DNA from: the human T2T-CHM13v2.0 reference genome, Homo sapiens
Direction: 5' to 3' (one strand)
Length of the DNA stretch: 64,000 nt
NCBI RefSeq assembly: GCF_009914755.1
Contig: NC_060942.1
The notes below the pieces were generated by a model that saw only the letters and a list, made by a program, of their open reading frames with translations, did no database searches and was not told the DNA's origin. Numbering within the stretch: the first letter of the stretch is position 1; each line of letters starts with the position of its first letter. A program made the position numbers and the translations under genes. Below are positions 52,326 through 64,000 of the stretch, piece after piece.

Positions 52326-52879
52326 GCAATTAAAACGCTTAGTTTTAAGCGTTTGCCTCTGAATTAAAAATGTTACTAGGTTCTTTTCTGGAAAAATTAG
52401 AACATGTAAAAATAACCTTTCCCCCCCTTGTTCATTTTAATGGAGCAATAAAATACTAACTGTGGTATTTTTTACAGTATTGTTGGTCAAAAATTGTATC
52501 AGAATTGTTTCATATCAGTAGGTATTAAATGGACCATTTGCATAATCTACTGAAGATCTTTTAGAGTCTGTAAATGTGTGTCTGGTTATGGTATTTCAGG
52601 TATTCTAAATATTTGAGGTTTTATGCCATCATAAAGACCTCTGAGCCAGTGGTATGCATTATCTCAACTTCTGCCTCCAGAGTAGGAACTGTGATGGAAC
52701 AGTGTAACACATGGCATAGTTGCATATCTGGAATTTCAAAGGGAGCATATGTATGTCAGAGTATGTGTGTATGCACAAAACACAGCTTTTGATTTAAAAA
52801 ACTGCCATAAAGGTCTTCTCTGCTTAGTCTTCTGCTGTTTATTGATTTAATTAATAGCAGAAATTAATAATTTAATTCA

Positions 52880-53110
52880 ACAATATTATTAAAAATGTAC
52901 CCCACCTCACACATTGTGCACATATCATTTCTAATCCTCACAACAGCCCTGTAAAGTAGGCATCATTATTCTCACCTTTACAGCTGAGATAACTAAGACT
53001 CAGATAAGGCTTAGGTAAATTTCACAAGAGCCTTCAGGTACTAAGTGTAAAGTCAGAATTCAAATCTCAGTCTGGCTGATTTAAAACTTTTGTTCCTGCC
53101 TCTGTGTCAT
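52880..53110 (-). mobile_element. MIR
   Basis: TAATCCTCACAACAGCCCTGTAAAGTAGG...TTTACAGCTGAGATAACTAAGACTCAGA. Confidence 0.8.
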
Positions 53111-53384
53111 ACTCTTGGGTACCTGTTTTGTGATTCAACTAGATTATAAGATTGGGATGTCAGGAATTGCATCTTACAATGTGTTATATTACCCAGAAAG
53201 GTAACTTGTGGCAAATGTTGCTGTTCTTGCTGAAGGTGCTATAGGTAGCTGCCGAGGGACATTTTAGCCTTTGCACATACCACTAGGGGACCATTTAGTG
53301 CCATATTTTTGGGTAACAGGCTGTACAAGGCTCAATTTTGGTTGGCAAGGAATGGTGCCAGTGGGAGTCAGATCTTGTTTATTC

Positions 53385-53485
53385 ACCAGACTGCAAGTGC
53401 TTTGTCCCTTTTGCTCACTGTTCTATCCCCAGCACCTAAGACCAAGCACATAGTTGCCCCCTCAATAAATATTTGTTAATGACAA
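53385..53485 (+). mobile_element. L2 3' end
   Basis: TATCCCCAGCACCTAAGACCAAGCACATAG...CTCAATAAATATTTGTT. Confidence 0.75.
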
Positions 53486-56400
53486 ATAATAGTAGCAGGT
53501 CTGTAGGAACTGTTAGCTTTCTTCCATGGCTATGTATTACATCCTTAACCTAGGCCAAACTTCCTTCTGATCTAAGCCACTGACTACACAGGAGTTGGGG
53601 CAAGGGAGGGTAATGGAACAACATAAGCTTATTACGTTGACTGGAAATACCAACACAAGACCCATGCCCTTTGGAAGCTAGTTCAGTAGCATTATCTTTT
53701 AAATAAAGGATGGTAATGAGGAAAAATAAATTCAAAACAATTCTGTGGCAGAGGTGAAGGGAGATACATTTCATTTCCCTTTTGTTTTTGAATTACACAA
53801 AATGATGATGTGTTTATAATCCTTCGTGCGTGTTCAATTGATCATCAAATTTACTTACTTACAAATGTACCTATATAATTTAAGTAATATGGGCTTTAAA
53901 TTTGCCAACAAATATCCTAGTTAATAAAAAATAGTCTAAGCCGTGTATTTCCAGGATAATACTGCATAGTGGAATAGAGCCATGGAATTGATAGTCTGGA
54001 AAAAAGTGTTTTGAAAAATGTGACATTTCCTGTACAGTATAGATGTTACAATTCATATTGCTTATTAGATTTTAAATGGACAAGACGTCCAAAATCAAAA
54101 CAGTGTGGGCTTATTTTAGATACTGTTGCATGGGAGATTACCAGACATCTGTATGGTGTTTACCCTTGGAAAGCTAAAGTTCACATATTGCAAACAGACA
54201 CCATAATTCTATCCTAGATTAAGGTTTGTTTAACCTGTACTGATTTTTAAAAAGGATTTGAAGTAATAATTGGCAGCAATAATTATCAAACTGTCTCTCA
54301 GTTTTCATTTGGGTAAAAGGAATGATTTCATGAAATACATTTGTCACTTCTTTAAAAATAATTTTCTCATAATTTTTCTACTGTGCAAGAGGTGTTTATT
54401 CAGTGGGGATAATAGAATACACCAATGGGCAGGAAATTAACAATAAGTAAGCTAATAAGTCTTTTTTAAGCACCTATAATTGGAAGGGATGCTGTGGAGA
54501 GAGAGAGGAAAATGAAGAGCTGTCCCTGCCCTTGGGGAAACTGACAGTCTAGTTAAAACACAGTAATGTGACTTGTGGTTTTCTAGATTCAGATCTCATT
54601 TTATTCAAACCATGTTCCTCAAACCATTACTAATATAGGAAAATATTTATATAACATAATATGTAAAGGTGTTTTTTGTCCTGTTTCCCAATACCTAAAT
54701 TACAAAAGAATTCAATTGAACTTATATCAAATGGAATTTTATGCCCATTTAATTTTTTAAAAACTAGAAGATGTTTTTAACTTGTTCATGAGGCATCGAA
54801 CGTATTATAAAATTTGAAATGGTATTGGTGATGTTAAGAAAATCATGGTATGATCCTTAAGTTGTTAGTGACACTTCATGGATATTAAGGTACCTATAAA
54901 TAATACTAAAACTGTGGCATTCCTTTTTTTTCATGGTGGGGGTATGAATTTGACCACTGTTCAACTCATATCCTTTTTTTTTGTCTTATTGAGCAGAAAC
55001 TAACTTTAGTTAGTATACCGCTTTTGAGATGTTCTTTATATAGAAATTTAAGGCATGAGAAATTATCATTTAGAAAGAAAATGAATGAAAGCTCATTTGG
55101 ACCTTCAGACTATGTTTAAAGCACATTGTACACGATTAATTAGTACATAACTATTCTACTGATGTAGATTATATTGAGAAATAAATATTTGAAACATAGA
55201 TCTTAAAGCATTTTCTTATAAATTCACTTTTTAGAAATTTGGATTTTCAGCAATTTTATATCACTGAAAGCTGTGTGTACTCTAATTTGGTCCTTGATAT
55301 ATTTCTCATCATGAGCAGTATTAAAAAACAATAGACAAAATATTTACCATAAGTATGTTATTTTTAAATACATTTCCTTTTAATTGAATGAAATTAAATT
55401 TTCTACCTGATTTGTGGACCATCAGAGAAAAGAAGATACATATTAAGGAGGGAAAAAAAGGAAAGAGACTGAAAGATTAATTAGAACTTATTCCTTGTAC
55501 AATAATATTTTAGCTTTAAACTGTTAGTCCTTTATATTAGGATCCACTAAAAATCTTAAGTTAGCCTGCTAAATTTTAGCTCCTCACAGTAGCTGGTTTT
55601 CCAGAGACTTAACATGCAAAGGACCATTTGTTCCGAGTTGACTTTTGTTAGTAGTAATTCTGTTTTGTCTTAGGTGTTTAGAAATACTTTTCCCTTAACT
55701 CTTATATTTAAAGCATTAACATATAAATCTAATTAAAAATAGTTGTATGACTGATTAAAAATAGTTGTATAGTCACAATTTTCTTTCTCCTAAGAATTAG
55801 AGATTTAAATCTCTGAAAACATTAATGTGTGTGGGGTGGTTATGATAGTCCAGCTGCCATTGTGTGTGTTTCATTTAAATGTAAATTTATCTTAGAGACT
55901 CTAAAGTTGAGCTCAGAAGGTAGAGAATTTTAATTTGAATAGTCATTTTCTTTTTTTCATGAATACTAAAATCGGTTTTATACTAAAGAAAGAAAACCTA
56001 TTAAACAGCCAATACTCAATTACCTCGTTTTAAAGTTTCTAGTATGATACTGAGTATTATTTTTTAGTTCTATGTAAAGGAAAACAGTAGTGTTTTATAG
56101 AGAAATCAGGCTGTGGAAATACATTTCTAATAATTAAATCTGAGCTGTGAAAAAGCTTGCTAACATTAGCAGAAACACATTGACCTATGTATGACACACA
56201 CATATCTATATACTATGTAAATATTTAGACTATATATATATTTTTCCAACACACAGTTGCTGGCTTGAATATATTCTTCACCACTGATTAAAATTTAGTC
56301 TTACACTTAGTCTGATACTGTAATTATAAATAAACTTCCAGGAGCAATTCTTGAGGACAAGTTTTTAAGGAAGCTTCTGCTTACCGCTATTCTCTTTAAA

Positions 56401-59059
56401 ACAGGTCAAGATTTGAAGCTCTGTAATTTTGCTTTATTTCATAGTTGTTGTTGGGATTGTGTCAGCTACCATGAATGTTCTCTTAAGCAAGGTTACCTTC
56501 TGTTGCTTTTAGCAGCCTTTTCAACTTCCCTACAATAAAATAGGCCATTTGTGTGAGTTGCTGTTGATTGCATATTTTCAAGTCATTTTTGTCTTTAGTC
56601 ATTTCATTACCAGCCTGTGATTATCTTGTGTTAAAAAAACAAACAAGTAGGCAGAAAACCTCCTTGATCTACCCTAACCTTTCTATATGTAAATTTTGGA
56701 AAAGCGACACTGTAGCATGCCAATAAAATTTACTCCTGCATTGACATTTCCAAAGTAATTATAAAAAGGATTATAAAATTTACTAAAGGAATTGCTATTT
56801 GTTGGTTGACAAAATTTACTTAAGCCACATAAATGTAAATATTTCTCAAGCAACCCCTATAGAGTCAAGGGTTGCCATCAAAGAAAAGACTTTTGTTTAT
56901 TCTAAATACCTTTATTTTATTTTAATTTTTTATTTTCTAAATACCTTTATTTTATAAAGCTAGGAAAAGTAAAAGTGTTTTGAACATTTTGAGGTCTTAG
57001 ATTTTTACTTATGCCATTCTTTAATATACATGTTTCCATGATTTAAGTATGACATAATTCTGTATGATTTGCTTTAAATTAATAGTTATTGGTTAGAATT
57101 TAAAATTGAGTTTTATAGTAACCAGTAAGGATGCAAATTGTGTATTTATAGCAGTATACTAATTTACAGATTCTATGACACACGGTCAGACACACTGGTT
57201 TTTATGAAAATCCACTAGCATTTTTCTCCTGTTTACTCCGTGATTCCAGAATAATATGTAGGGGTGATTTCCTTGAGAACAGGAGTTATTGGCATCATTC
57301 TTAGGGGTAGTAACTACCTCTCCTTTCAAACACAGATCTTTTTTTTTGCTCCTTCTCCAACTTCCTTGCCATTCCTCTTAACTTCTGAGGCTTGGAGAAA
57401 GTGAACTTTAAAAACTAGAATTCTTTCTCTGTTTTGAATGACAGACCTTATGGGGTTACTTATGTGGTTGGGCTTTTCCCATCCCAGATGGAGTATGTGA
57501 ATACTTTATAAAATTTTTTATAAGATTACGTGCTTAGAGATACTTTTGCTCCGTTACACTTCTGCTTTCCCAAACAGTTGTTTCTGTTATTTCACACAGA
57601 AAGCAATGTTCTACCTCATTTGGATCAAAGCCCAGTTAGTTTAAGACAGATATTTTGTAACAAAAATTTTATGTTTCTTAACATGATTTGGAAGTTAGTA
57701 TTAATCATTATTCTAATTACTTGTATTAGTAGTTTGTCATTGTAATTGTACAAAGTGTTTCTAGGTTACAAAACCTAGAAGTTCTTAGCAAGGCGGTGGG
57801 CCAGTGATATCAACCCATGGAAATGGCCATGATAAAGCAGTTTTCTCTGGGTTCATTTCTAGTTTGTGTCATGGTTTGAGAAAAACAGTAGATGAGAACA
57901 AGTTAGTATGAATATTTTTAATCATTTCGTCTGCTAAAACTTCATGCCATGCCTAAGAAACGATGGGCTTACAGGGGTATTTTCAAGAATTGCTTTATAG
58001 ATCTTCCTCATTAAACATTTTATAAGGACATTCTGCTTTAACAAATTACATGGTGTTGAGGTGGGGAGTATATGTAATTGTAAAAGGTTTATACCCCACA
58101 TGCAGATTATTACCTGGTGACTGAAAGTGCTGCCTGCATCTTTTTTTGCAGTGCCAGGGAAGGTGGGGGATGGGGAGAATGAAACTTGAATCAGTGGCCA
58201 TCTGGCCCAGATTTGGCTGATTTCCTGTGCACTGCCCTTTGTTTCAGCCAGACAATGGATTGTTCCTTGAAAAGATAAGAACTCCATTGATGACTTTGTG
58301 CTGAATCAGCACGTTTGGTTTGGGATTGCAAGCACAGACTCATATTGAAGGGTTTTCACTTGTTGGTAGGTCACTATCCTTGTCTTCGTCCATTACAAAA
58401 ATAGCCTTAAGGTTGTTTTCTGTAGTTTCTGTGCTGAGATTACAGAAAAATTGAATAAAATAATTGGACATGTAGTTTTCTAGTTGTGTATTACCTGTCT
58501 TAAACATTGAAATCTCCTTGTCTTTAGTTTCCAGAATTCATATCTCCCTGGTTGTGATTTTTGATAAATCTTTATATAGAATCTTTTCTTAAGTCTCAAC
58601 TTGAATTTTCCATTTGAATTTTCAATGACTTAAGTTTAATGTTGTCCTAAATCTAAGTTAGACTTTTATGATATGGTTATGTAAATGGTAAATTTTCTGT
58701 GATATCTGTTGTCATATATCTGCAAATTACATTTTAGGGTGGTAGAGCTACTCCTTACTTTAAATGCTACCTACTCACTGTGACACTGTTTAATAAATGG
58801 TTATTGACTAGAGAAGTAGGGATCTCTGTCACCTAGCATTCTAAGTTAGTCAGTCATCAGTTTTTGTAGGTTATCTCAGAAGCAATAGAGATCAGAGAGT
58901 AGTTAAGTGTCATTTTTCATAAGACAAGAACAACCTTCACTGCTACCATTTTGTTGTATGACCAAGAAATACAAAAACAATCATTTTCACTTCTGAAGTT
59001 ATAGGAAGATTGTTGGCAGATTTTGTCTACCTTTTAGTTTAATTCTCATCTCTTTACAG

Positions 59060-59184
59060 TTGAATTGCCTTGTGACTCCCCAGTGCAGAATTTTCTCTGA
59101 AACCACTGATAACTTCAAAATCAAGCATCTGATCAAAATAAACTGCTTTGAGATCTAACCTATAATTCATTTGTGTAGATAAAG
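59060..59184 (+). other. Candidate internal non-coding (5' UTR) exon, 125 nt
   Basis: Acceptor TTCTCATCTCTTTACAG|, donor AAG|GTATGT; no ATG; stops in all three frames; non-repetitive. Confidence 0.45.
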
Positions 59185-61379
59185 GTATGTTGTTTAGGTA
59201 GAATCAAAGGGCCTGATCACAAGAAAAAAGCTTAATTGTTAGTTCCTTAGGGATCTAATTATGTAGCAGATGGGACCACACAGCACAGTTTGCTGTTATT
59301 TAGTGTAATTAATTTTAGATCTGCATCCAGAAAAAAAAAAAACGATGACAACAAATGACACAAAATCTTAGTTTGCATCCATATAGGGCACTATCCACTT
59401 ATAATTGTTGTTCCTCTTCTCTTTTGGATCACTTTAATCTACTCCTTACTCTATTCGATGCTAATAAGGTCTCAGAATTGCTTATTTGCTTTAAATGCAT
59501 GAGTAGTTTGGATACACTGATATTAAGGGTGTCATGGATGTTCATTGGAATAGAATACTCGGATTTAGAGGATTGGTTAATTAAACTGTAAAATAAGCCA
59601 GAGTTAAAAGCTACAACAACAACAAGACCAAGACAAGTTCTACTTTAGTTTCCCCCTGCTTTAATCCGAAACTAGTTCAGGGGACTAGTTCGAGGTAGAG
59701 GGGAAGGTCTTATCCTTTCTCCCCCTCCCCCCCTCCTGGTCACCCTTCACCCCCGCCCCACGCCCCCCAACCTCTGACTCTCCTTCAAATCTCACTGAGG
59801 AATTATAGTCTCTACAGAGGCTTGGTTGCAGATGCCTGGAAAGTTTACACTGCAGAGAGTTGTTTTGTTTGGCATAGCTAATCAGGAGCCAGGCTGGAAT
59901 TGCTCATAGCTGTCATTCAGGTTTTGTTTCAAAGTCCAAGGACCTGCTGGGAAAAACAAAAAGCTAATGAAAGCTGACTGTATTTAGGCCTCAAATCTGT
60001 AGAAACTGAAATGATGTCCTGACAGTGTATTCTTATTCTTCCACATTCTTGCTGTTACTAAGGTAACAGATTTTTAGAGGCTTTCCATCTCATTGTCAAG
60101 TATTTGCTACACTTATTGTTGTTTTTCAGATTAGAGCAATTCAGATTATCTCCTTTTGAGATGAAGGAAAAAGAGAAAATAATGGAAATAAAATGTCTGA
60201 ATCAAATACCCTGAATACTAGTAAGATCAGTTTTTTTTAATGCCTTAAAATTGTTAGATTCATAACACATTAAAATTTAGGACAAGTTCACTTTCCCAAC
60301 TTTGTGATGCTGTGTGTACGAAATTCCCATTCTTGTAAGGTGAAATAGTACATATTCATATAATCAGTAAAGAATGTATCTTATAGGAAAAAGGTATATA
60401 GTGAACTATACTGTCTTTAAGATCTTCCTTCCTGAATGAAAAACCAAATTACATAAAAAACTGATGAGCTTGAATTCCTATCTGTAAATGGTAAAATCAA
60501 GTAGCATGAAAAAATGGACGGTGATGGGCATATTTATTGAAACCATTTTTTTTTATATTTGTTTTTACAGGATGATTTGTCTTGATAGATTAGCACTCAC
60601 CTATATTGAAATGCTGTTGTTTTTACAGTCTATTTGGGGCACATATCAAACCTGTGGTTTGATGAGTGATAAGCAAAAGATTATTTTGTGGAGACAAGGT
60701 GTTCTTTGGGTTGGCTTTAGAACTGAGACTCTTCAGGGATGCTTCTCAATAGTGTTATAACCTTTATGAATCCTCTCGCCATGATGTTGACTCAATTGGA
60801 AGATGACACAGTTTTTCTTTTTTTTTATGGGCTTATCAAACATCTTCATTAAATACTCTTTTCCCTGTAGCAATGACTGTAATATTGAAATGACCTAATT
60901 TTAGTATTGATCAGATCATGTCACTAATTTGGCCCCAACACAGCAATACAGTAAAAGCCTATGTTCATGGAGATAAGATCTGGCTTAATTTTCTTCCAAG
61001 AAATAATTAAGAGACTAGGCAGCTGGCTGAATGGAAAAAAACCCATAAGGATCTGGAAGAAAAGTATTAAAAATGTATCAGGAGGCCCTTGTTTTAATTT
61101 CTGTATCTCTGTTCATGCTAGTTTCCCAGCCTGCAATTTTATCTTTTCTCATCTCTACCTATTAAATCCTATATGTCTCAAGGTCTGGCTCAGGTCCTTC
61201 TCCATTCACTAAGCCCTCTTCAGCTGCTGGTGTCCGGAAGATAGTCAAGAGAGGCTGTATCCTCAGCTGGTTACGGTATCAAAAGAATTGTGTTCAAATA
61301 GGGTTTCAACATTTTTAGGAGGAGAATGATTAGGATGGGGGAGATACAAAGGGAAAATAACATAGATGGAATAGATCAT

Positions 61380-61935
61380 TTGAAATGGGCAAGTTTAATC
61401 TAGAAAAGATTTAAAGAGAGACAAGATATCTGTCTTCAAGGGCTGACATATGCAGCTGGAATTAGATTTACTCTAATTACCTTTAAGGCAGTGGTTTCAA
61501 ATTGTGCTGTGCAGAGCTTCAGGGATTTTGTGGTGAGCCTTGGGCTGCAGGGAGGTAGAGAAGAGCCAGAGACAAGTGGACATGCTGAGGGCCCCCTGCA
61601 GCTGCCAACAGAAGAGTTCCACTTTTAACTGCTTTATATATTGTGTTCGTGCCTACTATTTCTTTTAAAAACACATTGCATGCTTTAAAAATTAAAGTTT
61701 TGAAAAACACTGCTGTATAGAATAATAAGTGAGAGAGTTTTGGTTCAAATTACAATAAAATGTTCTAGCAATAAGAGACTTTGAAAAATTAAATGAACTT
61801 CTTTGTGAGATGTGAGTTCCACATTAAAGCAGAACATTAATGACCCTGGCAAGGATGTTGGAAGATTTCTGCTTTTGAGGAAAGGTTGAGTTAGATGGCC
61901 TCCTGGATTTCCTACAGTTCTAAGATTGTGTGATT
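61380..61935 (+). mobile_element. L3/CR1 3' fragment split by a hAT-Charlie MITE (61489-61712)
   Basis: GGTTGAGTTAGATGGCCTCC...CAGTTCTAAGATTGTGTGATT resembles L3 3' end; MITE ends CAGTGGTTTCAA / GAAAAACACTG. Confidence 0.6.
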
Positions 61936-61980
61936 TATTTCTTCTCTTATTGTCAGTATCAGATAATCTGACATTTAGCT

Positions 61981-62539
<559 letters not shown>

Positions 62540-63527
62540 ACATTTAGCTGTTCTTAATTGGGCTTTTTGAGAAACCCCACCTCCCCATTACATCATGAAG
62601 TTACAGAGAGTAGGAACAATGTCTTCATTGTTTTTGCTTTTGGATTCCTCAGATCCTAGCACAGATGTAGGGGCTCAGTAAATACCTGTTGATAGAGAAA
62701 TGAGTGCAAGAAGCAGTTGCTTGATTGCCTTATGACCCCATCCAATCATAAATGATGATAAGGGAAGGTATTTGCAGGAATTTTTTTTTCTACTTTTGCT
62801 TTCTGCCCTTAAGAAATAGTAGAAGTGACAGAGAGTTGAGATAAGCCAGTCCCACCCCAAGCTTTTTTTTTTTTTTTGCCCAGGATGCCAGAATACTGCA
62901 TTGTCTGAAAAAGTGATCATTGCTCCCAGAGAGCCTAATAGCTAAAAAATTTAACATGGAAATCAGGATTCTCCATACAAATAAGAAACTGAGGCACAGT
63001 AGAATGGTGAAGTGAGGAGATTTCCAGATATTCCAAGTGCAAATAGGGGAATATGTTGTAAGAGGATCACATTGGCAGCCTTGACTTCAGGGTCTTTTGC
63101 CCCCTGATTTCAGTTGGTTCTCATGATATTGAGAACTAGGACTAAAGGATATGAATTACAGGAAAGTTCTTCCAGATGCACTATTGGAATCTAGTAATGG
63201 TGGTAGACTTAATAGGGGTAGGCAGGTGCTTGATGAGCACAGCGGAATCAAAAGCAGCACTTTCATCCATAGAAGGCCTTTCATATTTCCTGCCTTTGTC
63301 TTGTGTGGGAAAGGGAGAAGTGTTTGTGCCAGCTTCTGGCACATTGCCGTGTGCCAAGTAGACACTAAAGAAGTACTTATGGAATCAAGCTGAATTTTAT
63401 TAATGGTACTTTCAGAGGAATTACCAATTACAGTACACACCGTAGGTGGGAATCATAGTTCTTCTTGCTTGAAGTCCCCTGTTCCTCTACAAAGTCAGGC
63501 GAGTTTAGGAACAAGTTTCATGATGTC

Positions 63528-63569
63528 TATATATATGTGTGTGTGTGTATATATATACATATATATATG

Positions 63570-63658
<89 letters not shown>

Positions 63659-63667
63659 ATATATATG
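63528..63667. repeat. Compound (TA)n/(TG)n/(CA)n microsatellite
   Basis: Read directly; lies at the tail of the adjacent AluJ. Confidence 0.97.
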
Positions 63668-63941
63668 TTTTTTCAGGCAGGGTTTCATTCTCTTGCCCAG
63701 GCTGGAGTGCAGTGGCACAATATTGGCTCACTGAAACTTCTGCCTCCTAGGCTCAAGTGATTCTCCCACTGCAGCCTCCTGAGTAGCTAGGACTACAGGT
63801 GCACCCACCACGCCTGGCTAATTTTTGTATTTTTTTGTAGAGATGGGGTTTTGCCGTGTTGCCCGGGCTGGTCTTGAACTCCTGGGCTCAAGTGATCTGC
63901 CAAAGTGCTGGGATTACAGGTGTGAGCCACTGTGCCCGGCC
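63668..63941 (-). mobile_element. AluJ
   Basis: CTCCTGGGCTCAAGTGATC; small internal deletion. Confidence 0.9.
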
Positions 63942-64000
63942 CTGGTGTCAGTCTCTTAGAGTTCAAATGAGGAGATTGGTCATATCTGAAAACACAAATA

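Noticed and set aside
63403-63760. YIYI/THTH/CVCV ORFs
   Set aside because: Microsatellite and Alu translations

Overview
Primate (very likely human) genomic DNA with no credible protein-coding sequence. Bases 1-36 kb are repeat-saturated: about 52 Alu/FLAM copies by manual count, plus L1, L2, MIR, THE1, MLT2 and MLT1-int. They include a full-length Tigger1 transposon nested in a Tigger4b MITE and broken up by 15 Alu insertions. A ~2.3 kb CpG island at ~36.2-38.6 kb looks like the promoter and ATG-less first exon (donor CAG|GTGAGC at 37452/37453) of a + strand gene that I cannot name from sequence. The rest of the window reads as intronic sequence of that gene (about 14 Alus), with a candidate 125-nt non-coding exon at 59060-59184. 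The best leads for something undescribed are a possible spliced divergent (minus-strand) lncRNA from the same island (donor at 36336, candidate 71-nt exon at 12350-12420), the four-layer transposon nest, and several templated-repair scars and non-B DNA elements. I see no convincing evidence of a new multi-gene system. Repeat family and subfamily calls are from recalled consensus sequences, and boundaries of old repeats are approximate.
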